A stretch of DNA of 63,412 bases, the filler included, from Octopus bimaculoides (Eukaryota), in NCBI RefSeq assembly GCF_001194135.2. It is 6 parts of 6 records of this genome, joined end to end, with 100 filler letters (N's around TTAATTAATTAA, not from the genome) between each part and the next. Parts side by side here need not be neighbours in the genome. Positions count along the whole stretch, not along the records: positions 1 to 15,453 come from NC_069005.1; positions 15,554 to 33,415 come from NC_069007.1; 4 more parts are not named here. One strand, given 5' to 3'. Both the position numbers and the translations under genes were made by a program. The notes beneath the pieces are model-generated. The model saw nothing but the letters and a program-made list of their open reading frames with translations, had not been told where the DNA came from and ran no database searches. This document shows, piece after piece, positions 14,773 to 26,749 of this stretch (positions are counted from its first letter, which is position 1; each line of letters begins with the position of its first letter).

Positions 14773-15414
14773 GATCATACCTGCACCAATACTATATCAC
14801 TTTCAAAAAAATATTTTTATCGAATTGCAACGCCGCTTCCACGAGTATATTTACTTCCCACCATTCAATTTTTGTCTCTTCATTGACCCCTAAACTATAT
14901 CCGTTATTCTTTAATCATATTTTTTTATTCTCACCTTAATTACCTTAATATTTCAACATTCACCGCATCCTCGTCTTCTTATGCCATTTTGTAACCTTTC
15001 GATGTTCAACCTGATGTATAATTCATAAATTCTGATAAAAGTTAAACGAATATAGAACTGATAAAATCTTGATAAAATATAACAAAATTGGAAGAAATTG
15101 GATGAAATTTATAAAATTAATAAAGGCAAATTAAGTTAAATTATGGTGTCTGCGAGAAATAGTTGTTAAGCAAGAGACCAGACCTAGATTTGCAAGTTTG
15201 GTTACACATCACATTATAGCCTTGTGTAGCATAGTCGGCATTAATAGACTTGCAATGGAACTGGCAGCTACGAGATATATATTCATAGAGCGAACATTTA
15301 ATCTAAAATGGAGAATGTTCTCATGCTCCAAAGTCCTGTTCTTGTAAATGTCTATGCGCATGTGTCTGCGCTTACACATACGTTCTTTTATGAACATACA
15401 TTTATCCGAGTGCC

Positions 15415-15453
<39 letters not shown>

Positions 15454-15497
15454 NNNNNNNNNNNNNNNNNNNNNNNNNNNNNNNNNNNNNNNNNNNN

Positions 15498-15509
15498 TTA
15501 ATTAATTAA
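15498..15509. other. Synthetic scaffold linker TTAATTAATTAA in 44N+44N
   Basis: Identical 100-bp spacer occurs five times in the window; the 12-mer has stops in all six frames. Confidence 0.9.
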
Positions 15510-15654
15510 NNNNNNNNNNNNNNNNNNNNNNNNNNNNNNNNNNNNNNNNNNNNGTTCATAACGCAGAAGACCGCTTGGCACCAGCTTCGATGTCTACACG
15601 AATCTATTCCTCGTCACCATCATTGTCATTTTCCTCACCGTCATCATCATCACC

Positions 15655-15701
<47 letters not shown>

Positions 15702-15849
15702 CGTCGTGGTCGCCATCACCGGAGTCATCGTCGTCGTCGTCGTCGTCATCATCGTACTCACCACTATCACCACTACTGTTAATGCATCCAAACACACACG
15801 TATCTATCATCATCACCGTTATCACCATCATCATCGTAATCAACGTCCG

Positions 15850-15898
<49 letters not shown>

Positions 15899-16217
15899 TA
15901 TTATCATCGACGTCGTCGTCATCATCATCATAACGAACTATATTGGTCGGCAACAGAAAGTTGGAAGAAGTTATTCATGTGTGTGCAAGTTTATAAACAA
16001 ACGCAAGCAGAGGAAGCATTTTCTCGAACGTTCGATGGCGAAGAAAAGCGAAAGAAAATTGGTAAAATCTCAATAAAATTAGTAAATGTTCCAGAGAAAT
16101 TGGTAAAGTGTCCAGAACATAATTAAAAATATCTTGAAATGTAATGCAATCCAAGAAGATAAAATAACTTACAGATGAAGGTGAAAAACTAGACGTTCAT
16201 ACACAGGTGGAGCAGAG

Positions 16218-16272
16218 AAGGCGGAAAAGAGCAGAAAAGGCGGAAAAGAGCAGAAAAGGCGGAAAAGAGCAG
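16218..16272. repeat. ~20-bp minisatellite (aaggcggaaaagagcagaaa) x~3
   Basis: Seen directly. Confidence 0.85.
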
Positions 16273-16837
16273 ACGGAAGTAAGAGAGAAGAACAAAAGTA
16301 ATCTTGATTTTTTTGAAATACGAATGGACGCAAGGGGAAAGAAGCAGCAGAAGGAGTACTATTTTTGATGATGGTGTTGGCAAACTAAGGAGTGAGTAGA
16401 AAGCCAAGAAGTGACAGGTGAAAGGAAGAGAGAGTAAAATAATGAATCAATGGTGCCAATCTGTACATCTTTCTACCTCTCTCTTTCTCTACGTATGTAT
16501 ATAAGCATACATATATAAATATGCCTATCTATTTATTTATTTATTTATTCATTTATTTATTTATTTATTTATTTGTGTGTTGGGAGTGTTTCTATCGGCA
16601 TCTTTTGTATTTATGTATAAAGATACTATTGCGACAGAGATAAGGCTTACTCTTCTCCTACATACACATATTCATACACAGATATACATGCATACATACG
16701 CAACCGTCCCTCTCATTATTTCTTACTCACTCTCTCTTTCTCTCTCGCTCTGTCTCTCTCCCTCTCCTCCTCCCAGTGCTATTTTTCTTGGTTTCACATT
16801 TAGAAATAAACCCATTTCTCTCCGACAAAGGAGCGGT

Positions 16838-16996
16838 GCTGGTATGGGTGTGTGGTAAGAACTTTGTTTCCCAACCGCATAGATCTGGTTTCAGTCCTAC
16901 TGCTTGGCAACTTGGATAAGAGTCTTTCGCTATAATCCCGGGCCGACCAAAGACTTGTGAATGTATTTGGTAGACGAAAACCGAAAGAAACACGTG
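16838..16996 (+). mobile_element. SINE family A, near full length, followed by (GATA)n
   Basis: tRNA-like head (gtgtggtaag...ggtttcagtcc) and body matching the other family A copies. Confidence 0.8.
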
Positions 16997-16997
16997 G

Positions 16998-17060
<63 letters not shown>

Positions 17061-17158
17061 TGCGCGCGTGCGTATATATGTATGTATGTATATGTGTATG
17101 CGTGCGTGCGTGTGCATGTGTGCGTGTCCTTGTGTCTGTTTCTGTTGCCCAGCACCGC

Positions 17159-17192
<34 letters not shown>

Positions 17193-17196
17193 AAAA

Positions 17197-17325
17197 CCTA
17201 CATTGCCTTCTGTCCTTCGGGATTCAACCGAATACGTACCAATTGAACACTAGGGTCGCTATAATCGATTTAACCCCTTCCCCTAAAATTACTGGCCTTG
17301 TGCAAAATTTCAAAACTATCATCAT
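17197..17325 (+). mobile_element. SINE family D, 3' part
   Basis: 'ttgccttctgtccttcggg...gtaccaattgaacactagggtcgctataatcgat...ggccttgtgc' matches 23770-23885. Confidence 0.7.
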
Positions 17326-17827
17326 TGCTGCTGCTGCTGCAACTGCTGCTGCTGCCGCCACTGCAACTGCTGCTGCTGCCGCCGCTGCAACTGCTGCTGC
17401 TCCTCATGATTTTTGCGCTGCCAAAATGCATTCTAAAAGTTCCGTCATGAATAACTTTCTATGACGTCTTACTTTTATTTTTCAAATTTCGATGACTTTT
17501 TCTGTTGTTTCATGTAGAATTAATTCATAACGAGCGATGCGTTAAGTTCATTAATTTTCCCGTCAATTAAGCAAAAACACGAAAGAAAAAAAAATTAACA
17601 GACGTTTCTTTACATTCTTTTCCCCTTCCTGTTAGCAGGCATTCAACACTCAAGAAAAACAAAATGTCGGTGAAACACGCCCTTAAAACCAGTAGATTCA
17701 TTGAGAAAGGAAAAGAGTGATATTACGTGAATGACGAATATTCTGAAACAAAATGGTAACTGTGTTAAATCATGGTAATTCCTGTATTTGTATTACGAGT
17801 GTTGGAAATAATGGCTGTATGTGCGCG

Positions 17828-17925
17828 GCACCATGGGCAAGTGTCTTCTGTTATAGCCTCAGGCTAACCAAAGCTTTGTGGGTGGATTTGGTAAATGGAA
17901 ACTAAAGCGGTTTGTCGTATGTGTG
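17828..17925 (+). mobile_element. SINE family A, 3' half
   Basis: 'ggcaccatgggcaagtgtcttctgttatagcc...ccaaagctttgtgggtggatttggtaaatggaaact' matches family A. Confidence 0.75.
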
Positions 17926-18324
17926 TCGTTATGAGAATCTCGGTCAGAGATTGGTATTGCGTCGTCTACCTGAAGTTCAGACCGAGTGCAAAATGCCCCA
18001 ACAAGCAGAAACATTCACTCATATGCTGCGCTTCGTACAAGGATGAAATTCAAGCGCATAGAATCACCAGTTGATTCCCTAAACTACGTACAATACCATT
18101 TAAAAAAAAGAAAATTGTGCGTAGGTTGGGATCATGCCACAGATAGGCTACTCATGAGAATAGCTTCTCGCATCACCATTACTATCATCATCATCTTTAT
18201 TTTGTTGTCATGGTACTGCTCTTGTAACAAACTTAATCATCTTTTCTATTGAACCAAAATTCGTGACCTTGGATGAGAAATCCATTTTTCCCCATTTATA
18301 AAATAAGTATTTTTTCTTCTCATC

Positions 18325-18810
18325 TGTTGAATCTAGCGATTACTTTCTGGATAATTCTTGCTAAACCAATTACACAGGTTTTCTGCAACGCGCCTACTCA
18401 CTCTAGATAAAGGTCTAGTTTACCAAAGTTTGCTCTTATATTCTTCGTCACAATTCCAAAAAATCCTATGATAATTGACAGGATTATGACCGCATTAACT
18501 TCGTTCTAGCATTTGAGAATTCCGGTATAATACTCTACTTTTTTTCTCTTCTCATTTTTCTTGACTTTGATAACAAATGGACATTCGGCGTCGATTAGAG
18601 CACATAATATTTTTCTTCTTAATATTCGGTTCGTTGTGATCTATTCTTCTTTCGATTTGTACAAGAAATTCCTGCAGCAATTTCCCCTCATCGTTTTCGA
18701 AGAATTACATTTCTATTCCCACGAAAGTTCTTTTCTGTGAATGTAAAACAGCAAACGAATCTCTTACAAGAATTCCGGTGAATTACTGTTGCAATTTTAC
18801 ATAATACCAA
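18325..18810 (-). mobile_element. RLE-type (R4/Dong-like) non-LTR retrotransposon, endonuclease remnant
   Basis: KIATVIHRNSCKRF...FENDEGKLLQEFLVQIERRIDHNEPNI...ALIDAECPF...IIIGFFGIVTKN...GALQKTCVIGLARIIQKVI matches the RLE domain pattern (ENxxxKILWDF..PDI..IIDVACP..VIGALG..LQKxxLLGTARILRKV); stops present. Confidence 0.8.
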
Positions 18811-18827
18811 CATTTTTGTATTCAGTC

Positions 18828-18883
<56 letters not shown>

Positions 18884-19129
18884 GCATTATTATTATTATC
18901 ATTATTTATCATCATCACGATTATCATCATCACTACCAACATCCTCATATACTCTTCCTCCTACACCTCCTAATCATCATCTCAATATCAGTTGTATACT
19001 TCATCCAGCTTTCCTACTTTCATGTGTATTGTATTTCATATTTTTTCCGCCGTCATGTTTAAAAATTGATTTTAATCGTACTTTAAAATAGAAGCAGCCA
19101 CTACAGAAATACTGTAACAAGCATTAATC

Positions 19130-20310
19130 ACTATCAACAACTACAACACAAACAACACCACCACCACTAACTACCTCAGCCTATACTGCTATGCTACAAC
19201 CAAACACATCTCTCTTATATTCACCAGTTCATGACTTCTTCCATAAACGCCCATCACTACCGACTGTCCCTACCACCACCACCACCATCATCACTCCCAC
19301 TGCAAGCTCTGCTGCTACGCCCACCACCACCACCACCACTATCATCTTCACCCTCTAGTGCCCTACTAGCACTATCACCACCACCATTGCTCCCACTCCA
19401 CCTCTGCCACTGCTAACACCACTACCAAGTTCATCATCACCTTCCTCCACTATCACCTCAACCACCACCACTGGCACCACCATCAACACTACAGCTACGA
19501 CCTTCACTGCAACTACCACCAGTACTACACCTATCACCACCACCACTATAACTACCACCAGTACCACACCCACCACCAGCACCCCAACCACACGCTGCAG
19601 CTCCGCCCACTACTTCACTACCACCACTACTGCCACTCCGACAACACCACCAGCCACCACTACAACCACCGCCATCACCATCACTGCAACCTCTGCCCAT
19701 ACTGCCACGACTTCTGACTCCACCACTGCCCGCTACCACTCCCACCACCATCACCCCCTCACCCGTCTCTACCGCCTAGTTCCTTACTACAACCACAAGC
19801 ACCAACACCAAAAGAGCCTCCGCTACAGACGCCAGCGCCACCGCTGTTAGTTCAGTCTGTTACACACAGACGCGCGCGCGAGAGCATAAACGTACATGCG
19901 CACGCACACAGCCGCTACCACAAACTACAGAACCAGCATCACCACCATTATCACAAACGTCGCCACCACAAACACTACAACCGTCACCAACACAACCACT
20001 ATGAATACTACCGTCACAACCACCACAACTCCAAACACCACCACGTCTACCAAAACCGCCGCCAAAAATTCTACCACCGCCAGCAACGACATCACAACTA
20101 CCACAAACACCACCATTACAGCCACAACCACAAACACCACCACTTCTACAAAAACCGCCACCGAAAACACCACCGCCGCCGCCACCGTAATGCTCAATAT
20201 TTTCTTCCTTATAGTAATTAAATAGATCAAGTAAAAATTCACATCTTTCGAACATCACTAAATTGCCACATCTCCATCACCACCACCACCGCCGCCGCCA
20301 CCATCACCAC
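19130..20310. repeat. Long degenerate (CAC/AAC/TAC)n low-complexity tract
   Basis: Seen directly; source of the Thr/Pro/Val/Gly-rich ORFs. Confidence 0.85.
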
Positions 20311-20977
20311 CGGGTTATTCTTATCTCGCTGTTAATTCAGTCTGTTACACACAGACGCGCGCAAGAGAGAGAGCATACATGTACATGCGCACGCACACAG
20401 CCGCAAATGTCGTTATCTAAGCCAGAATTGATAATCTTTCGCTATTAGTTTCTTTCCTCTCCCCTTTTTCACTTCCACCACTTCCCTTCTCCTCCCTCTC
20501 CCTCTCTCTCTATCTACCTATCTATCTATCTACCTATCTATCTATCTATCTCTTTTTATCTCTCTTTGCCAGTCCTCCATCACCTCCCCTTCTTTCTCTC
20601 TCTCTTTCTCTCTTCTTTATTCTCCCAAATAGTTTTGTTCTTTAATCAATAAATGAATCTTTAGGCATAGTTTTTTTTTCGGTTTGTTTCTTTTAAAAAA
20701 ATGTTTTGAATGTTATTTATTAAATTTATTATTATCACTATTAACATTAACATCCATACTACTTAAATCATCATCATTATTATTATTTTTGTTGTTACTA
20801 TTATTATTATTGATGTTATTGTTGCTGTTGCTCTGCTACGTTTCTGATGATAAATAAATCTTTTCTTCGTGTGAATATAACGTAATGATCTCAATGCGGA
20901 AGACATTAACTCGGGAATGAAGGGATGAAAGAATGTCGTATAATGAAGAGTGAACAAGGAGGAGCAGAGGAACAGAA

Positions 20978-21030
<53 letters not shown>

Positions 21031-21091
21031 GATCGTCATCATAATCATTATTATTATTGATCTTATTGATATTATTATCGTCATCACCATC

Positions 21092-21372
21092 AAGCTGGTA
21101 GAAATGTCAGAGCATCACCAAAAAATGCTATGGAGTATTTTGGTCCGGGTCTTTTTCTCCTGAGTTCAATCTTCCATCGAGGTTAATCTCCACTTTCGTT
21201 TTCTTTTCTTTTTTTTCCCCCGCCGGCATCGATAAAATAACAATCCCACTCAAGTACTACGAGATAGACTTTGCCTTTCATCCTTTCGGGATCGATAAAT
21301 TAACTACCAGTCGAGCACTTACGCGCTCCCCCGAATTTGCTGGTCTTGTGCCAAAATTTCAAACCAATATTC
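21092..21372 (+). mobile_element. SINE family D with an internal partial duplication, degenerate
   Basis: Head 'agctggtagaaatgtcag', B-box-like 'ctgagttcaatc', core 'gactttgcctttcatcctttcgggatcgataaattaa'; 'cgataaa' segment present twice. Confidence 0.7.
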
Positions 21373-21703
21373 AAATAAATGGTTAATATGTTAGTGCTAG
21401 ACAAATATAACTCCTGCCTACCCATCAACACCCACCCAGGCAACTGAATATCAAAATGTATGACATTGCTAAATCACGTGTCACCAGCAAAGCGGGAAAA
21501 GGCGATGAATAACGCCATGAATGCAGAATATTTTTTGTTTTCTGCTCATTATCATATTACAAATTGAACAGAGCAAATACTGTGTTTATGTTATATCGTT
21601 AGTATATTTGTATGCAATAACCTACTTTTTGACGTCATTTTATTTCAGGTAGGGTTATAAAATAGTAGTAAAAAATAGATATGTATAACAGTGTGCGAAA
21701 GTG

Positions 21704-21736
<33 letters not shown>

Positions 21737-21967
21737 TCTTTATTTGTGAAATTATCCATCAATAAGTTGTAGAGCACTCATTTCATCGTTCGACATTTAT
21801 GTATGTATATATAATCTAGGTATGTATGTGTAAATGTGAGCATAGGTTTATATGTGTCTCTCATGAGTGCATAAAATAGCAATGATGAATATAAATTTGT
21901 ATGGGTGTGTGTGTGTGTGATTATGTGAGTAGGCGTGTATATATATATATACATACATACATTTATC

Positions 21968-22035
<68 letters not shown>

Positions 22036-22556
22036 TATATGTGCATATATATATGTCTATGTATGCACATATATATATGTATATGTATATTTATAGGTAT
22101 ACACTCATATATATATATACGTTAATAATCATGTATGTGTGCATGTGTCTATGCATTTATATATGTACAAGTCTACGCTTGAATGAATGTATGTATATAC
22201 GTATGTATGCGCGTATTTATGTATGTATATTTGAATTTGTGTATGCATCTATATACACAGTATTTAAATAAGAATGTATGTATGTATGTATGTATGTATG
22301 TATGTCTCGATAACGCGTAAGATTCTGTAAACCGATACGTCTGGAAACAGCTTAGCTGTCTCCTGGATAAGAGATTTTGCCAGTTGTAAGTTAATGTTGA
22401 AATGTAATTCATTTTGCTTCAAAGCTCGTTGCACACACGGCTTGTTGTTTGCGGTTTTGTTTGTCAGACATCTTGGCTGACGAGATATACCTGTGAGTAC
22501 GCGCGCGTGTATGTGTGTGGGGACATGCATATGTGTATGTGTATGTGTGTGTGTGT

Positions 22557-22599
<43 letters not shown>

Positions 22600-22670
22600 T
22601 GTGTGTTTATGTAAATATAACTGTGTAAAAGAAACACAAATCTGCATTGTTTCTTTACCTTCTCTCAGTG

Positions 22671-22717
<47 letters not shown>

Positions 22718-22913
22718 GCACACAAACACATACACACACACACACACACACAAATGGAAAACGCTATAAATATGATTGTTTGCAAACTAAGATAAACACA
22801 ATAAACGCGGACACATACTTACATACACTCATTTATATACACATATATATATATACTAATATACATACATACATCTACACATATATAGATGTATATACAC
22901 ATATATACATATG

Positions 22914-22961
<48 letters not shown>

Positions 22962-23719
22962 NNNNNNNNNNNNNNNNNNNNNNNNNNNNNNNNNNNNNNN
23001 NNNNNNNNNNNNNNNNNNNNNNNNNNNNNNNNNNNNNNNNNNNNNNNNNNNNNNNNNNNNNNNNNNNNNNNNNNNNNNNNNNNNNNNNNNNNNNNNNNNN
23101 NNNNNNNNNNNNNNNNNNNNNNNNNNNNNNNNNNNNNNNNNNNNNNNNNNNNNNNNNNNNNNNNNNNNNNNNNNNNNNNNNNNNNNNNNNNNNNNNNNNN
23201 NNNNNNNNNNNNNNNNNNNNNNNNNNNNNNNNNNNNNNNNNNNNNNNNNNNNNNNNNNNNNNNNNNNNNNNNNNNNNNNNNNNNNNNNNNNNNNNNNNNN
23301 NNNNNNNNNNNNNNNNNNNNNNNNNNNNNNNNNNNNNNNNNNNNNNNNNNNNNNNNNNNNNNNNNNNNNNNNNNNNNNNNNNNNNNNNNNNNNNNNNNNN
23401 NNNNNNNNNNNNNNNNNNNNNNNNNNNNNNNNNNNNNNNNNNNNNNNNNNNNNNNNNNNNNNNNNNNNNNNNNNNNNNNNNNNNNNNNNNNNNNNNNNNN
23501 NNNNNNNNNNNNNNNNNNNNNNNNNNNNNNNNNNNNNNNNNNNNNNNNNNNNNNNNNNNNNNNNNNNNNNNNNNNNNNNNNNNNNNNNNNNNNNNNNNNN
23601 NNNNNNNNNNNNNNNNNNNNNNNNNNNNNNATGATGATGATGATGATGATGGTATCAACTGATCCCGTCTCCTTTCAAAAATTTTAAAACTTGAACCTAA
23701 AAATCAGAAGCCATTATTA

Positions 23720-23894
23720 CAGGGTAGCGAGGTGTCTGGGCGTAGGTTCTGAGTTCAAATTCCACCGAGGTCGACTTCGCCTTTCATCCTTTCGGGGGAA
23801 CGATAAATTAAGTACCAGTTGAACACTGGGGTCGATATAATCGACTATTCTCCCCCACAAAATTTCAGGCCTTCTGCTTATAGTAAAAAGGATC

Positions 23895-23926
<32 letters not shown>
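23720..23926 (+). mobile_element. SINE family D with (ATT)n tail
   Basis: B-box 'ggttctgagttcaaattcc', core 'gtcgacttcgcctttcatcctttcggg...aagtaccagttgaacactggggtcgat', ATT tail at 23896-23926. Confidence 0.85.
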
Positions 23927-24168
23927 CATTGCCTTTGCACAGCTTCTAACACTGGAGATGTATAACAGTGTCAGCTGTTCACTACCAGTGAACTAAGGTA
24001 ACACTCCTTATTTTTCGCGCACCTTTCAAGCGGTTTCGCGCACATTCGAGCGGTTCCAAGCAGTGCCGTTTTCTGTAAGTGCTCCACTCTTATTGCAGCC
24101 CCTATTTGTTCCACGTACTTCTCAAGATTTTTGCTCACTGTTCTCAGGGCTCCGACAATTATTGGTAC
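23927..24168 (-). mobile_element. 5'-truncated R4/Dong-like RLE LINE, 3' end
   Basis: VPIIVGALRTVSKNLEKYVEQIGAAIRVEHLQKTALLGTAR, then a short 3' region ending in an (AAT)n tail; homologous to 18325-18810. Confidence 0.85.
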
Positions 24169-24208
<40 letters not shown>

Positions 24209-24723
24209 TTGTACGTATTCTATCGCTCTCTTTTGCCGAGCCGCTAATATTACTCAACTTTTTTTTTTTTTTTACTAAAGCAACAATTTCGTTTCTTTCT
24301 TTATTGGTTATTTCTTGGGGTTTTTTTTCCAGGGGAAGTGTACTGCAGCACCAGTTTCGATGGTTGGGGTTGCTGGAATTACACACAGGCTGGCCATATG
24401 GCCGAAATCTCTTGTCCTGTCCATATTCCGGTCTTCCAAGGAAAAGGTATTTTTCAGGGTGCTATTCACCTTCTCATTTTTTCTTTTTTTGTTTGTGTCT
24501 TTTTTCTTTCTTTCCCACTAAATTCTTCTTTCTCCCACTAACACTCTCTCTATAGCTTACTTCCTCTCCCCTTCTTTCACTCTCTTTCTCTCTCACTCTT
24601 TCTCTCTCTCTTGTGTAGCTCAGAGTCACATGTACGCACACATTCCCAAACAACACACACAAATTAATCTCTGCCAACACATGCATATACATACAAACAT
24701 ACATACATACATACATATATACA

Positions 24724-24898
24724 CACGCAAAAACACATACATACATGTCTACATACATATATACATACGCAAAAACACATATATACACGTATACATACGT
24801 AATACATACATGTATGCATGCATACATACATTCATTCATGCATGCATACATACATAAATACATACATACATACATACATACATACAAGCATGCATACA

Positions 24899-24932
<34 letters not shown>

Positions 24933-25075
24933 CATATGTACATGCATATACACACACAAACACGTACATACATGTCTATATACATATATACATACGCAAA
25001 AACACATATATACATGTATATATACATAATACATACATGTATGCATGCATACATACATTCATTCATGCATGCATG
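24724..25075. repeat. Higher-order duplication (~230-bp period) of a compound TACA/CATA microsatellite
   Basis: 'cgcaaaaacacatatataca...aatacatacatgtatgcatgcatacatacattcattcatgcatgc' occurs twice. Confidence 0.75.
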
Positions 25076-26003
25076 CGTTCATACATACATACANNNNNNN
25101 NNNNNNNNNNNNNNNNNNNNNNNNNNNNNNNNNNNNNNNNNNNNNNNNNNNNNNNNNNNNNNNNNNNNNNNNNNNNNNNNNNNNNNNNNNNNNNNNNNNN
25201 NNNNNNNNNNNNNNNNNNNNNNNNNNNNNNNNNNNNNNNNNNNNNNNNNNNNNNNNNNNNNNNNNNNNNNNNNNNNNNNNNNNNNNNNNNNNNNNNNNNN
25301 NNNNNNNNNNNNNNNNNNNNNNNNNNNNNNNNNNNNNNNNNNNNNNNNNNNNNNNNNNNNNNNNNNNNNNNNNNNNNNNNNNNNNNNNNNNNNNNNNNNN
25401 NNNNNNNNNNNNNNNNNNNNNNNNNNNNNNNNNNNNNNNNNNNNNNNNNNNNNNNNNNNNNNNNNNNNNNNNNNNNNNNNNNNNNNNNNNNNNNNNNNNN
25501 NNNNNNNNNNNNNNNNNNNNNNNNNNNNNNNNNNNNNNNNNNNNNNNNNNNNNNNNNNNNNNNNNNNNNNNNNNNNNNNNNNNNNNNNNNNNNNNNNNNN
25601 NNNNNNNNNNNNNNNNNNNNNNNNNNNNNNNNNNNNNNNNNNNNNNNNNNNNNNNNNNNNNNNNNNNNNNNNNNNNNNNNNNNNNNNNNNNNNNNNNNNN
25701 NNNNNNNNNNNNNNNNNNNNNNNNNNNNNNNNNNNNNNNNNNNNNNNNNNNNNNNNNNNNNNNNNNNNNNNNNNNNNNNNNNNNNNNNNNNNNNNNNNNN
25801 NNNNNNNNNNNNNNNNNNNNNNNNNNNNNNNNNNNNNNNNNNNNNNNNNNNNNNNNNNNNNNNNNNNNNNNNNNNNNNNNNNNNNNNNNNNNNNNNNNNN
25901 NNNNNNNNNNNNNNNNNNNNNNNNNNNNNNNNNNNNNNNNNNNNNNNNNNNNNNNNNNNNNNNNNNNNNNNNNNNNNNNNNNNNNNNNNNNNNNNNNNNN
26001 NNN

Positions 26004-26075
<72 letters not shown>

Positions 26076-26585
26076 GTTTGTTTTGTTTTTAACCATCGGG
26101 TGGAACAAAGGAATGGAAATCATAGCAATGTGTAATGTATAATTCGCCTGATCCGTTGCCTGTTACTGAAGAGTTTCTATCGACGTGTAATTCTACACAC
26201 ACACACACACACACACACACTCATAGTTATACACATGCATACACACATATTTCAGCCGGTCCTTTATCTCGAAACACCAAAACAAATAGCTTGTACGTTT
26301 GTATATACACTAATCCCTCGACTATCGCGAGTGTCCTGTTCCAAAACCACCCGCGATAGGGAAGAATCCGCGAAGTAGAAACAAGACCGTACTGTTTATA
26401 TTTTTTTTATTATTTTCATAATTTGTATATATTTATTTTATTATAAACGCAGAACTACTAAGCTACGGGGACATAAACGCGCGCACGCACGCACACACAC
26501 ACACACATACACACACACAAGCACACACACACATAAGCACACACACACACAAGCACACACACACACACACATACACACACACATA

Positions 26586-26749
26586 TACGACGATCTTCTT
26601 TCAGTTTCCGTCTACCAAATCACTCACAAGGCTTTGGTCGGCCCAAGGCTATAGTAGAAGACACTTGCACAAGGTGTCACGCGATGGGACTGAACCCGGA
26701 ACCATGTGGTTGGGAAGCAAGCTTCTTACCACACAGCTACTCCTGCACC
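26586..26749 (-). mobile_element. SINE family A, full length
   Basis: Reverse complement: gtgcaggagtagctgtgtggtaagaagcttgcttcccaaccacatggttccgggttcagtccc...gtagacggaaactgaaagaag. Confidence 0.9.

Noticed and set aside
18030-18060. Short similarity to the U6 snRNA 3' part (caaggatga...aagcg)
   Set aside because: Only ~9 contiguous matching bases and needs large gaps; chance level.
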